Shown here piece after piece: positions 36,578 to 50,589 of a stretch of DNA of 64,000 nt. The notes beneath the pieces were generated by a model. That model searched no databases. It was given only the letters and a program-made list of their open reading frames with translations, and had not been told where the DNA came from. Position 1 is the first letter of the stretch, and each line of letters starts with the position of its first letter. The position numbers and the translations under genes are program-made. Source of the stretch: Eledone cirrhosa (lineage: Eukaryota); NCBI GenBank assembly GCA_964016885.1, contig OZ024741.1:303986001-304050000 (forward strand), written 5' to 3'.

Positions 36578-36882
36578 CTACTGTTGTTGTTGCTGCTGCT
36601 GTTGCTGCTGCTGTTGATGCTGCTGCTGTTGATGCTGCTGATGCTACTGTTGTTGTTGCTGCTGCTGTTGCTGCTACTGTTGCTGCTGCTGCTGCTGCTG
36701 CTGTTGCTGCTGCTGATACTACTGATATGCTGCTGCTGTTGTGGTTGCTGCTGCTATTGCTGCTGCTGCTGATGAGGAGGAGGAGGAGGAGGAGGTAGAG
36801 GTGGAGGTGCTGCTGCTGTTTCTGCTACCACTGTTGCTATTGCTGCTTTTGCTGCTGCTGCTGCTGCTGCTGCTGTTGCTAT

Positions 36883-36934
<52 letters not shown>

Positions 36935-37310
36935 GGTGGTGGTGGTGGTGGTGGTGGTGGTGATGGTGGTGATGGTGGTGGTGGTGATGGTGGGGTGGGG
37001 GGGGGGGGTGATAATAGTGGTGATGGTGGTGATGGTGGTGGTGGTGTTGATGGTGGGGGTGGTGGTGATGGTGGTGATGATGATGATGGTGGTGGTGGTG
37101 TTGATGGTGGGGGTGGTGGTGATGGTGGTGATGATGATGATGGTGGTGGTGGTGTTGATGGTGGGGGTGGTGGTGATGGTGGTGATGATGATGGTGGTGG
37201 TGATGGGGTGGGAGGGGAAGGGGGTGTGGGGGGGATGAGGTTGAATATGATGATGATGGTGATGATGATGATGAGGATAAGGAGGAGGAGGAAGAGGAGG
37301 GGGAGGTGCT
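36165..37310. repeat. Compound trinucleotide low-complexity tract (GCT/GTT, GAG, GAT, GGT)
   Basis: Direct inspection. Confidence 0.92.
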
Positions 37311-37470
37311 GCTGCAGGAATTCCAATGCTACAAACGGATAAACAGTCAGACGTAGCAGGAACTTAATCTAGTTAACACCACTGGGGGGGGGGGGCTTAT
37401 CTGCAATAAAGCCATTCTGTTACAATTTTAATAGTTTTCGTCTAAATTATTGAAGCAGTAATACCGTGAG

Positions 37471-37535
<65 letters not shown>

Positions 37536-37539
37536 GTAC

Positions 37540-37604
<65 letters not shown>

Positions 37605-37655
37605 CATACGTACATATACATATATATATATATATATATACATACGTATACATAC

Positions 37656-37716
<61 letters not shown>

Positions 37717-37717
37717 C

Positions 37718-37776
<59 letters not shown>

Positions 37777-37789
37777 CATACGTACATAT

Positions 37790-37830
<41 letters not shown>

Positions 37831-37840
37831 CGTATACATA

Positions 37841-37907
<67 letters not shown>

Positions 37908-37911
37908 GTAC

Positions 37912-37968
<57 letters not shown>

Positions 37969-38030
37969 CATACGTACATATACATATATATATATATATA
38001 TATACATACGTATACATACGTACATATATA

Positions 38031-38073
<43 letters not shown>

Positions 38074-38120
38074 CGTACATATATATATATATATATATAT
38101 ACATATACATACGTACATAT

Positions 38121-38152
<32 letters not shown>
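37471..38152. repeat. Interrupted (TA)n array with recurring catacgtaca motifs
   Basis: Direct inspection. Confidence 0.92.
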
Positions 38153-38155
<3 letters not shown>

Positions 38156-38714
38156 GATAAATCTACCAAGAGTTTACGGTAGTGTCCAATCCGTATGAAG
38201 AACTCAATGTATTCCGGATATCATGGAAAGAAGAGATGTAATGAAAAATCACTTTCGGTGAAAGATAAACGGTATACAGAGTCAAGATAAAATATTAAAC
38301 AAATAATGAATAAACAATGAAACAGTTCCTTATATTAAACAAAAAAAGTTCATTATTTAACGATCGTTTCTAGGATATATATGTGTTAGAATTGGCATGC
38401 ATATTCAACAGATCTATGTACAAAATTATACAAAATTATACAAACTATCAAGATTAAATATACATACCAACACATATATACGCCGTCTTCAGAAATAATA
38501 TTTATTAATATTATTTCTGAAGACGGCGTATATATGTGTTGGTATGTATATTTAATCTTGATAGTTTGTATAATTTTGTATAATTTTGTACATAGATCTG
38601 TTGAATATGCATGCCAATTCTAACACATATATATCCTAGAAACGATCGTTAAATAATGAACTTTTTTTGTTTAATATAAGGAACTGTTTCATTGTTTATT
38701 CATTATTTGTTTAA

Positions 38715-38721
<7 letters not shown>
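38153..38721. mobile_element. Fold-back element in (TA)n with two long-stem hammerheads
   Basis: Arms at about 38290-38500 and 38509-38720; paralog of 629-1126. Confidence 0.88.
38511..38656 (+). ncRNA. Hammerhead ribozyme with about 115-nt stem II domain (mirror copy at 38353-38498, minus)
   Basis: ttattt-CTGAAGA-cggcgtatatatgtgttgg...ctaacacatatatatccta-GAAA-cgatcg-tt-aaataa. Confidence 0.75.
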
Positions 38722-38752
<31 letters not shown>

Positions 38753-38762
38753 CGTATACATA

Positions 38763-38849
<87 letters not shown>

Positions 38850-38859
38850 TATATAAATA

Positions 38860-38917
<58 letters not shown>

Positions 38918-39152
38918 GTGAGGTTTTTTTTTAACAAAATGAAAAATAACCGAGGTGTCCTACACGAGTGAAAGTATAAAGAAAAAGAGATGAAATCGAA
39001 AATGCAACTGGAGTCTTATTTTTTTTTAAATATATATATTTATTTGGTTCCTTTACCGGTTTCGTAGTTCTTCTGCTTTTCAAAAGTAGAGTTGAGATGG
39101 AGGGATACAATATATTAACCAATGGAAACTATATTTATAAAACCATATTTAT

Positions 39153-39212
39153 TTCATTATACATATTTCAAGGACACCAAAGCAAATTATGGTGCGCTTT
39201 CATCAGATAAAA
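39153..39212 (-). ncRNA. Hammerhead ribozyme motif
   Basis: ttat-CTGATGA-aagcgcacca..tggtgtcctt-GAAA-tatgta-ta-atga. Confidence 0.65.
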
Positions 39213-39416
39213 TATAATATAGATCAGTTTTATAAACAAATATTGACATACCCTTAAAGAATGCAACCATGTCGGTTGGAAGCTCCCGGATAGTGGGTTA
39301 CTAATTTTATTATTGGTCTATTATGCAAATTAGTGTCGGAAAGGTTTAACTCCCATACATTTAAAATAAGCCGTTGGAATAGGGAAAATGTATCCCAACA
39401 AATTAAATATAAATTC

Positions 39417-39473
<57 letters not shown>

Positions 39474-39492
39474 AACATTATTGAAAATTTCA

Positions 39493-39936
<444 letters not shown>

Positions 39937-40115
39937 GAAGTATTCCGTAGGAAAGGTAAAGGAAAAGAGAGTGCTCTATGTAGGCTACAGAGCTTTATAG
40001 TTATGTAATAAACAACATAAGATAATTATTTCATTTACCAAAGGTTTCACGAAGACAGACGAGCTTGGCACATACGTCTGCCTTTAATCGTCAGGATCTG
40101 ACGATTAATATATAT

Positions 40116-40308
<193 letters not shown>

Positions 40309-40599
40309 TATACAGAGGCAGTGAAAGCATTTCTGAATTGGGGTGGTGTCAAATTCGGTCAATTTAGTTGTAGGGATCAGTTTAGCTCTTTGGACACTAA
40401 AATGGTCAGAAAACTTCGATATCCGATAAACATAACATGTACATAAATTGCAGAGCTTATCCACATAGATGTGTGTGTTTGGTAGTTTATGGCTATTATG
40501 GCTATTGGTAAGCTTTGTTACTCTACAGTTTCACCTGCGCACTCACAAGATCACCAGTCTTTTATGATGATCCGCCAAACTCTTCTCTTCGTGTCTATC

Positions 40600-41062
40600 A
40601 CACAAAACTCTTTTAATCCACCTCTCTGTATCTACTAAAACCAAACTCGCCCCCTCTCTATATCTACCACGACACCACCTCTCTCTCATTTCCTCTCACT
40701 TTATCCATCACTACCAAATTCTCCCACTCCCTATATCTATCAATACCTATCTCTATCAATCCTCTCACTCTATTCATTACCACCAAACACTCCCCTTCTC
40801 TACATCAACCATACAAAACTCTCTCGCAAACCCCTCTCTATCTCAATTAACACCAAACTCTTACCCCCTCTGTATCTACTATACGGAACTCTCTTTCAAT
40901 ACCCCTTTCTTTATCAATTAGCACCAAACTATCCCCTCTTTATACCTTCTACACGGAACTCTCTTTCAATACCCCTCTCCATATCAATTAGCACCAAACT
41001 CTCCCCCTCTCTATATTTACTACACGGAACTCTCTTCTAATCACCCTCTCCATATCAATTAC
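40600..41062. repeat. Degenerate C/T/A-rich tandem repeat, about 60-bp period
   Basis: Recurring caccaaactctcccc and acggaactctctttcaataccc. Confidence 0.6.
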
Positions 41063-41375
41063 CTATAAGACTTGTTATTCGTTTTAACTATGCATTCATA
41101 AACTAAATTCCTTTCAGTTATTATTTAGTGGGCAATATTTGCGATTTTTACAATTGCAATTATTTCCGTTCCTATTCAAAATTCCCTCTCTGTGTCCGTA
41201 TGTCGGTAGGTTTATCTCATCTATGTTAATGTTATTATCACTGCTATACGAGATTTTATTTATTCTATAAGTTATTTTATGTTTACTATTGTGAGTTATC
41301 TCCCTATGTTTAATTCCCAGATTTCTATTGCTATATTTGGGGCAATATTTTTAGTAGTCGAGTCTTCTTGTGACG

Positions 41376-41910
41376 CTAAACTCCGCCAATTGCAGACTGC
41401 GCATTAACATGTGATATCTCTCTCCATAATGTTCGATCACCAGCAGCAGAGTTCAAAGAGCAAAGGTCAAGTCCAGTCCATGAATTGACATTGTCAAACC
41501 ATCGTTTTGGCTGCCGGCCTCTGCTTCTCTTACCAGCCAATCTTCCTTCCAGGCATAATATACTCACACCACGAGTTGATCTATTTATATGACCGTATAG
41601 TTTGAGTACTCTTGACTTGACAATTGATGTAATTGGTCTAAGTCTGGTAATGTTGAGCAGCTCACTGATACAGATACGGTCGCTGAGCCGCTTGCCAGTC
41701 ATAAGTCTCATGATTTGGTTCTGCAATGTAGAGAGCTTCTGTGTGACCTTGTCGTCCAATTAACAGTTAAGACCATATAACACAACTGGTAGGATGTAAG
41801 TATCAAAGATCTTAGCCTTCAAATGGTAGGAAACTTGTTTTGATGTTAATACTTCCTTGTTCTTGTTGAAAGCTGCCCAACCTAGAGCGATTCGATATTG
41901 CGCAGCAACC
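41376..41910 (-). pseudogene. RTE LINE 3' fragment
   Basis: RIALGWAAF...KIFDTYILPVVLYG...LKLYGHINR...GRQPKRW. Confidence 0.85.
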
Positions 41911-42450
41911 ATTCCAGTAGTCGAGTAGGAAAATTTAATTTTGTGTCGGTTAAAGATTTTACTGTATTTATGTGATCTAGGAAAACACCTATCTAAAGCC
42001 TTAAAGAAAAGACTAGTTAAGTTCTTCTTAATTCTAATGGAGTGTGGTAGATTATACCACAGAACAGAGCGGGATCGAACCCTCTTATATAACTTATTGG
42101 TTGAATTATATCCATTCGAAATCTGATTTGTCCTGACTCTGCTGTTTTGGTTTCGAATACCCACATAATTACAATTGTCGTTAACCGTGTGTATGTTTGT
42201 GTTAATATCTACTGCCTCTTTATTTCTATGCGGTGGGGTGTAATTATCTTTATCTATATTCGTGTACTCAATTATATCCTGGTAACCTGCTCTATTTATG
42301 CATTATTATAGTAACTAACCTTACTATCAAAGATTCCATTATTAGCTGAGAATCTAGAGATTCTTTGTTGAACACTATTAACTATAGCCTTCTTAACGTT
42401 TCTAGAGTGGTTTGAGTAGTAGGAAACATAATTGAGGTTTTCATTTAATT
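41911..42450 (-). pseudogene. PLE internal fragment (RT thumb/linker region)
   Basis: RSVLWYNLP...FFKALDRCFPRSHKYSKIFNRHKIKFSYST. Confidence 0.7.
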
Positions 42451-42943
42451 TATGGTGTATGTGTGTGGGGGGGGGGGGGGGGGGGCGTGAATGTATATGT
42501 ATATATTATATAAGGTCGCTCTTCAGGTGAGGCGGGTGATTATGGAAAAACAAAACCCGTCAAAGGGCGGGGGAATTCAGGAGAGTCAGCGATTATCCAA
42601 TAAAGTATTTTTATTCATTTCTTTTGTGTAGCGAAAGACTCGTAGTCTTCATTAAGACATCTTTCTAGGAGGTCACTCTGATCTTCGTTTGATGTAGACC
42701 AGTTCTTCTTTTGGGGTAAATGCATTCGATGTTCAGAGATTGGGATTGGACCCGTGCAAAGCCTTTCCCCACTTAAAAAAGCTTCTGACACAGGCATCGC
42801 TTGATGTGACATTTTTGGCGATGCATGGCATTGCTGGCCATAGGCAAGTTCCTTGCAAGACTAAAATGCCACGTCTGTGATGCTCATGCGTAAGTATCAA
42901 GTGATGTCATTATTCAAAATCGAGTTGCAACCATCATCATCGT

Positions 42944-42977
<34 letters not shown>

Positions 42978-42986
42978 TACATATAC

Positions 42987-43030
<44 letters not shown>

Positions 43031-43034
<4 letters not shown>

Positions 43035-43290
43035 GGTAAACAGAAATAATAACACAATCGGTGCAGTATATGGAAGGAATATATTAGGTTAACGCTTGAA
43101 ATAGCAGGAAGAGGGTCTTAACGTTTCGGACGCTAGTCCTTCATCAGAAGAAAGAATGAGAAATAAGATAGATCGAAGGGGCGGGGCGGGGTGGAATTGG
43201 AAAAAATGTCTTTAGATAAAAATAACAGGTCCATTCATGTTGACATCTCTTGGAAAATGTTAATGCTGGCGTTTTGTGTATGATTTATTT
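43031..43290 (-). mobile_element. Solo pseudo-LTR of the second PLE family, hammerhead at 43116-43151
   Basis: Reverse complement of about 26380-26645, including tcttCTGATGAaggactagcgtccGAAAcgttaaga. Confidence 0.85.
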
Positions 43291-43335
43291 ATTTTATATA
43301 TATATATATATATGAGAGAGAGTGAGAGACAGAGA

Positions 43336-43427
<92 letters not shown>

Positions 43428-43451
43428 GTGCGTGTGTGCGTGCGTGCGTGT

Positions 43452-43537
<86 letters not shown>

Positions 43538-43989
43538 ATTGAAGCTCATTACTGGTATTTTGTGGATGTGTATATTTCATAAAATCTTTTTTATTGGAGA
43601 AGATAAGAAATTCTTAATATATTTTATACTCCGTATTTTTACTTTACAATTTTACAGTTAATCGCATACACAGAAATAATGTTTTCAATGTATTTATTCG
43701 ACATAAACATGACAGTATTGTAGTCTGCCCATTTGTCTCTTACAGACAACAGATACTTTTAGACCCAGTCGGCCAATGACGACAACAACAACGAAGACAA
43801 CGACACCACTACCACCACCTACAACAAGAGCAACAGCAGCAGCAGCGACAATGACCAGTGATAGTTAATTTATTGTTGCAGCAATGAGTTGCAACACTGC
43901 AATCTCTGCTGATGTCATCTTAGCTGTAGAGTTCACTGGTAACTATTACATCCCACACAATATCCAATATATGCTACACCTCATCAGAT

Positions 43990-44038
<49 letters not shown>

Positions 44039-44473
44039 GTATATATATGTAGGAGGTGAGTTTTATTGTAGTACAATAAAGCAATGCAGATATCGGATAT
44101 ATATATATAAGAGATATATTAGATATGTCTAATTTGAAATATAACAGTCAACTTTCCACGCAATACTTTTAGTTAGCACCCCGAACACATAATTGGGAAT
44201 ATAATCACTTATTTCCTAATGTTTGTTGAGTGGGTTGGAATTTGGCCGGAGTATCGCTAAAAAGCTTTCTCCGATATTGTATTTATTTATATATGTATAT
44301 ATATATATATTTCGAAGATTGTGTTTCGTTATTTCGTGGGCCGAAGTTCCGATTCTCGATAATTTATTTATATATGTATATATATAATATATAGAAATGG
44401 TTTCTACAGGACTAGAACTGTTTCATTCGGGAGAAATCATCAGGTTAGCCCCGACCGAACCCGGGATAAATTT

Positions 44474-44519
<46 letters not shown>

Positions 44520-45025
44520 TCACACGTACACACACAAACATACACACATATACTCACACGCACATATATGTTCACTCACACACGCGCGCATACATATATA
44601 CACCCGAACACACAAATGCACATACGCATAATCACAAATACGAGCCTACAAGGGTAGCTCAACCGGCTAGAAATAAAAACCAAACTAACCTTAGAGCAAA
44701 CATACCCTCAAACCATACCTCAGGTCAGACGTAGGGAACCTTTTTTTTTTTTTAGCAGTGGGCCGTATGAGGTATGGCCCATCACCAGGCGGGCTGCACT
44801 ACGAAAGAGTATCGAGGTAATTTCGAAATTAAGCATACAATTCAGAAAGCCAAACGGGCGACAGTCTGTCCACAACTGCCATTGAGTCACGATGGTCATG
44901 GTTATAGCGCCTTTGTCCATAGGTCTGCTTGGTCAGGGCTGACCTTGCGGCTAAACAACAACGTTGACACACATTCCAAAAGATAACCATACGAGCAATT
45001 GCTGGGGCATCTAAACCAAACAATG

Positions 45026-45205
45026 GTGATTGGCAGTATGGGTAGAGGGTCGGACCTCATGCTTTGACGCATAGAGTTACGGCCCTTTCCATTCTGAGTT
45101 CAAATCCCGCCGCGGTTAACTTTGCCTTTCATCCTTACGAGGTCGATAAAATAAAGTACCAGTAATGCACTGGGTATTTGCTGGCCTTGTGCCAAAAGTA
45201 GAAAC
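45026..45205 (+). mobile_element. tRNA-derived SINE
   Basis: A box tggcagtatgggtaga, B box gagttcaaatccc; near reverse complement of 30256-30439. Confidence 0.85.
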
Positions 45206-45304
45206 AGTTATTACATAACGCTCCCTCGAGTAACAGACTATTCTCACACGTTAATCATCAACAATAATAAAATGCCACGTGTGTTTGTATGTATTGTGAA
45301 CATT

Positions 45305-45614
45305 CGCTGTCCCGGTTATTCGCGGGATTTTTCTTAGAACCTAACTAATATAATACTTGTTCGTCGAAATAGTCGCGGAATAGTAAATATCTTCCGCGAT
45401 ATTTTTATGGCTTTTTTCGTGGCAATATATATTTTTTCACACTTTTTAACGCTAAATTATTCATAACAATATACCGTATTTACCAACCTATATTTTACGT
45501 TATGTTTTGACGTTTATAGGCATTTTTATGAACCGCGTCCGATATTCGCGGTTTTTTCGCTCTTCGCGAATGCTCTAGGAAAGTAAACCACGCGAATACC
45601 GGGGGACAACTGTA
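45305..45614. mobile_element. Tigger/pogo-like MITE
   Basis: Imperfect TIRs gctgtcccggttattcgcg / cgcgaataccgggggacaactg-ta. Confidence 0.55.
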
Positions 45615-45678
45615 TATATATATATATATATATGAGCTAGCAGAATTGCGGTAAGTGCAGTAGCTTTCTCATTACAGA

Positions 45679-45746
<68 letters not shown>

Positions 45747-45999
45747 TATCGCAATTCTGCTAGCTCACTCGGCGAGGCATGCCTCATCCACGTGGGTATA
45801 ATCCGTTCGCCAAGTTGCAGCTCGCATTCGCACGTCCGTCCGTCGCGGGTCACAGCCGAAAGATAACCCACAGATGCTCCTGGGTACGCATCTCACGTCG
45901 CTTCCTCTTCCGCCTCCGGTCAAACGTCCCCAGCTACCGGTCACCTTCTCCACACCACCACACCATCCCCACACGCCCCCCTGATCTCAAGGATCAATC

Positions 46000-48760
46000 T
46001 CACCCTCACACTGCTGCATGTGATAATCTGCCGTCCAGCCAGGAGGTCGGCGATCTCGTTGCGATCTCCGCAATGTTGGGGCGGCGCTTTCGATTTCCTC
46101 TTTCTCGAAGTCCGTCGACACAACAACTCTACGGACATCCAGGATATGACGTGGCACTCCGTCCATGGACACGTTATTCTGGGAATTTACGGCCGTTACC
46201 GTTCCCTTTCCCCATTGAGATGTGCAACGTGCGTCTGGGGGCTTAACCTAGACTTCTTCGCCCACCTGTACGAATCCGTTCTCTCTCCCCACTGGCCGTG
46301 CACGGGTGCCGCTACTCGTATCTGTATATTACTCTGTGTGGCACCGATTCCTCAGCCTGTTCCGCCCGCGGGGACATGTACCAAAACACTGCCTCCATTA
46401 GTGAGATGTGCCCCGCTCCGCCATTGCTTTGATTGTGCGGTGGTGTCGCTCCACGATTCCATTTCCGCTCGGCCTGTATGCTGCTCTGAAGAAGCGGTCC
46501 ACCTTCCATCCATCAAGCATCTCCCTCAGCGCCTCCGAGTGGAACGCCGCGCTGTTGTCCATCAGCAGTTCGTCCACAGGGTCCCGCTCCAAGAATATCT
46601 CTCTCAACGTCCGTGTGATTTCCTCCGCAGTTCCCATCTTCATTTCCCTCCATATCGCCATCCGTCCCGGACCACAGTCAACCATCGAGAGATATGTTCC
46701 TTGTTGGTAGTGTGTTACGTCCACCGCCAATCGCTTCCAGTCGCAATCCACCTGGAGACTTCCCGTCTCGTGTACACTCGGGGCGGGATCGATAGACTGA
46801 CATCGGACGCAGCCTCTGACCACTATCTGGACACTGTGTTTGTTAACGTCGGAGTCGATTCTCCTGGCTAGGAACAGGGTCCTATCCACTCCCATGTGGT
46901 GCAACCCTTTAAGTTCCGACTCGCTCAGCCGACACACAGCAGCTATCCCCTCTTCTACATCCTCCGGCGCTTCCATCCTGGCTTTCTTCACCCTGGTTAG
47001 AACGTTTGCTCTATTTTTCTCTGAGGGCACGAAGACTACACTCAACCTCAGGTCGAACTCGGTGGCCAGCTCTCCTAGAGTTCCCAGGCGGCGCTTTATC
47101 AGCATTTTCGCTGCCCTCTCGTTCGCACTCTCTTCTCACTGGTAAGCACTGATCTCACCCATCCGAGTACAGTGGCCGAGTCGGTACGAATCTCAATGGG
47201 GCGCAGTCCCCACCTCAAGGCGAGGTTCACCCCTCTTAACACCGCGTCCAGCTCGGCCACATTGATGTGGTTGCAATCATCCTTCTTCCTGAGCCAGGCT
47301 GCATCCTCGACCTCGACACCTCCTATCTCCAGCGTGACACCTAGCGCTATGCTGCTGGCATCACACCATACGGTCCCGCTCTGCGATTCGGGGACATACC
47401 AGCGTCCTCGCAACAGGTCGACAGCCTTCACCCTCCCCACGATCTCCTGCATCATGGCCACCGTCCTCTCTCCCACTTTGTCACTCCAAATCACCCCGTC
47501 CGCTCGTCTCTTGACATAGCTGCATGCCGCCCGGAGCCACCCAGCGATTGGGTAGTGACCCACCAATTTTCCACACGCCGAGAAGAGTTCCCGTCTATTC
47601 ATATTTGGGCCCAGTTTCGGGATTTCATTTCCCCTCCGAAATACTAACGTGCCCGTCTTGCCTCTTCGCAGCCTAAGTCCCAGCGCAGCTCCTCCCTCCA
47701 ACGCCTCCGACGGCTTCGCAGTCAATCCGTACCCTTCTAAATGGCTCGTGACCTCCGCCGCCGACACTACAGTCTCGTCCACTAAGATGTCGTCGATATA
47801 GGAATTGGTAGCCCTCTTCATCTTGTCGGCTTTTCCCAGAATGGTCTTGAGGACCACCGCCATGATCTTCGGTGCAGAGTTCAGCCCGAAGCCGAGCCTG
47901 GTCAGGCAATATGTCCGGCCCTTATACCTGACCAGCTGATAGTGTCACAGCTCTCCTCCACGTGTAGCTGTAGATATGCCGACTTTAAATCGATGATTGT
48001 GGAAGCCCCCGTCATACGTCTCCACTCACGTAGGGTTTCCCCGCAGACATCTGTGACCTCGCCAGCCGTGTGGCACGACACGTGCTCATTCAGCTCCCGA
48101 AAATCCAATACCGGTCTCACCTTGTTCTTCGTGGGTTGCGCCACCGCCATTAACGGCAGTACCCCACACTTCACCTCCTCTTTCCAGGGAAGCAGTATGC
48201 CCTCTTCGATCCATCTCTCTACGTCTCGCTCAAACTCGCTCCTAGTGTCTCCTTTCAATAGCAGCCCACTTTGTTCTTCAGTGTTAGTGGTTCTCCCCTC
48301 CAGTACCACTCAACAACCCATCGTTGCACGTCGAACACGGCCTTGAAGTCCTTACCCTGTACAGTGTAAGCGGCATATTTTTCCTCGTGGGCCTTCTCGT
48401 TCTCCTGTCGCGTACTCACAGCGCATACCGGTGTGGCGCCTCCAAACGTCACGCCGACATCGTTCACTGTGACGCCTCCTAAACGGCCAATCGCGTCCAT
48501 GCCCATAACTACGGTGATTCCATCCATCACGCAGTCGACCACAATGGCCGAAAGCCTTATTTTCTTTCCCCGTACCACCATCTCCACCTCGCTGCGACCT
48601 CGACATTCAATCTTCCTTCCGTCGACTGCCCTTACGCTACTCTTCCCTCTCCACTTCTGCATCACCCCCGTGGTCACTAATGTCGTCGTACAGCCCGTGT
48701 CCACGAGGGCTCGTAATGGCTTTCCCCTCACAAAGACTTTCACACCCCCCCCCCTGGACC
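46000..48760 (-). pseudogene. pol: Pol (protease, RT, RNase H, integrase), frameshifted
   Basis: LVDTGC; RPVLDFRELN; DLKSAYLQL; YIDD; WCDAS; HHMG..CVRC; LAVD, LMDN, GNGIVERHHRTIK. Confidence 0.92.
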
Positions 48761-48799
48761 ATTTCCCTGGTCGCAACTGGTAGCGATGTGGCCTGGCCG

Positions 48800-49510
48800 C
48801 TAACACCGGTAGCAAATTATGTCCGGCCTTGACTCTCTACAGTCTCTCGCCATGTGCGCGCCCTGGCACCTAAAACAACGACCTCTAAACGTTTGCGGGC
48901 GACTGCGCACCGTGTTTATCTCCCTTTCGCCATTTCGCTGTCGGCTGCCCCGGGGCTCCGTCGCTGCTATTGCCGCAACACTCTTCTTGACATCCTCTGC
49001 TATGATGCGGGCTTGCTCTACCAGTGCACGCATCTCCATTTCCTTGTGATCAGGTATTTGCTGCAGTTTCACCGCGATGTCATCCGGAAATCCGTTTATG
49101 AACGCCAACCGCACCGCATGTTCGCATTCCACCTGAAACCCAACCAGCATGGCCAATCGCCTTAACTCCGCTGCAAAAATATCCACACGCTCACCGTTCC
49201 ACCTAATCCTTGCCAGCTTAGCAAACGCGGTAAGCGGTCCTTCTGCGAACACTTCCATCATACGCCGCTCAATTTTTTGCGCGTCCCTCTGACTGAGTTC
49301 GTCCATCTCGAGGTACAACGTTAGCGCGTCGCCCTCGAGATAGAGTGCGATGAGGCCCACTACATCGTCTATCTTTTGTAGCTCAGCGACCAGCCGAACC
49401 TTTCGCATCCAGGCGCCAACGTCACCTTCACCGGTAAAGGCTCTAATTACTTCTCCGCTCATCCGTAATCTCGTCGCCATCTCCTTAGTCCTGCGGTAAG
49501 TAACAAACAA
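48800..49510 (-). pseudogene. gag: Gag with zinc knuckles (stop codon inside the second knuckle)
   Basis: CFRCQGAHMARDC and CYRC*RPGHIATSC. Confidence 0.85.
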
Positions 49511-50120
49511 CAGAATCCTCTCTGTTTTCTAGTAGCTTTGTCTTCAAAAACAATTCTTCCTTTTTATTTTTTTTTTTTTTTTTTTTCAATTGTAAGTCTT
49601 CAGATGCCGAAATAGCTTGTAATGAGAAAGCTACTGCACTGACCGCAATTCTGCTAGCTCACTCAGCGAGCCATGCCTCATCCACGTGGGTATAATCCGT
49701 TCGCCAAGTTGCAGCTCGCATTCGCACGTCCGTCCGTCGCGGGTCACATCCGAAAGAGAACCCACAGATGCTCCAGATCCCACGTCGCTTCCTCTTCCGT
49801 CTCCGGTCAAACGTCACCAGCTTCCGGTCACCTCCTCCACACCACCACACCATCCCCACAGTTTCTAGTCCCGTAACTCCTGGGGAAGTCCTAGGGCGCC
49901 CGCATTGACAGACGGCTTTCTAATGCAATTTTTTAAAACCTGGCGGAGCCCATCTTTCCCGGTCTGAATACAGCAGATTTTTTCTAGAGAAGGATAGAGA
50001 GAGTGAGAAAGAGATATAGAGGAAGAATCAACCCCAGTATTAAACTGGTACTTTTTTTATCGACTTTGAATGGATGGAAGGCAAAGTTGACCTCGTATAT
50101 ATACATATATATTTACTTAC

Positions 50121-50159
<39 letters not shown>

Positions 50160-50160
50160 A

Positions 50161-50195
<35 letters not shown>

Positions 50196-50200
<5 letters not shown>

Positions 50201-50580
50201 CTATACTTTGGGAGGGTGATGCTACCAATAAAAATACATGCAGCTGTTGGTTTTCACTTCAACTTATTATAAATTTCCGGTTGGCTGGTTGGTTCAACAC
50301 ACAACACACAAAAACAAGTTGGTGTGGGACAGAACAAAGGAGAGACAAAATAAAAGCCTAGTCACTGAGGAAGTCACAGAATGTGTGACGAAAGAGCTTT
50401 GACAATATATAAACAACCATCCGGTTATTGAACCAACCAGCCAGCCAACTGGAAATTTATAATAAATTGAAGTGAAAATCACAGGTTCGTGGGTTTATTG
50501 GCAGCATGACCCTCCCAAAGTATAACAATATCTGTTTCAACACACGTTTTCATCTTACAAAACAAATTCAAAAACGAAGT
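50196..50580. mobile_element. Fold-back element in (TA)n with a hammerhead in the spacer; family also at 1496-1608 and 29600-29900
   Basis: 50196-50298 mirrors 50428-50531. Confidence 0.8.
50361..50403 (+). ncRNA. Minimal hammerhead ribozyme
   Basis: gtca-CTGAGGA-agtcac(agaatgt)gtgac-GAAA-gagc-tt-tgac; degenerate homolog at 29624-29664. Confidence 0.8.
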
Positions 50581-50589
50581 ATATATATA

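Larger units (their letters stand above)
45633..49860 (-). mobile_element. Ty3/Gypsy LTR retrotransposon, about 4.1 kb, decayed
   Basis: 5' LTR 49618-49860 (TG...CA); 3' LTR about 45749-45973 with PPT aggggggcg; domain order gag-PR-RT-RH-IN; 5-bp TSD gaaac. Confidence 0.93.

Noticed and set aside
36115-37342. Poly-Ala/Val, poly-Pro and poly-Gly ORFs resembling antifreeze or extensin proteins
   Set aside because: Open in several frames on both strands because of trinucleotide repeats; no complex coding context.
37428-38182. YI, HT and VC dipeptide ORFs here and elsewhere
   Set aside because: Microsatellite artifacts.
45030-45110. tRNA gene
   Set aside because: The A and B boxes belong to a SINE head; no cloverleaf.
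46020-46871. 283-aa plus-strand ORF
   Set aside because: Antisense shadow of the GC-rich integrase region.
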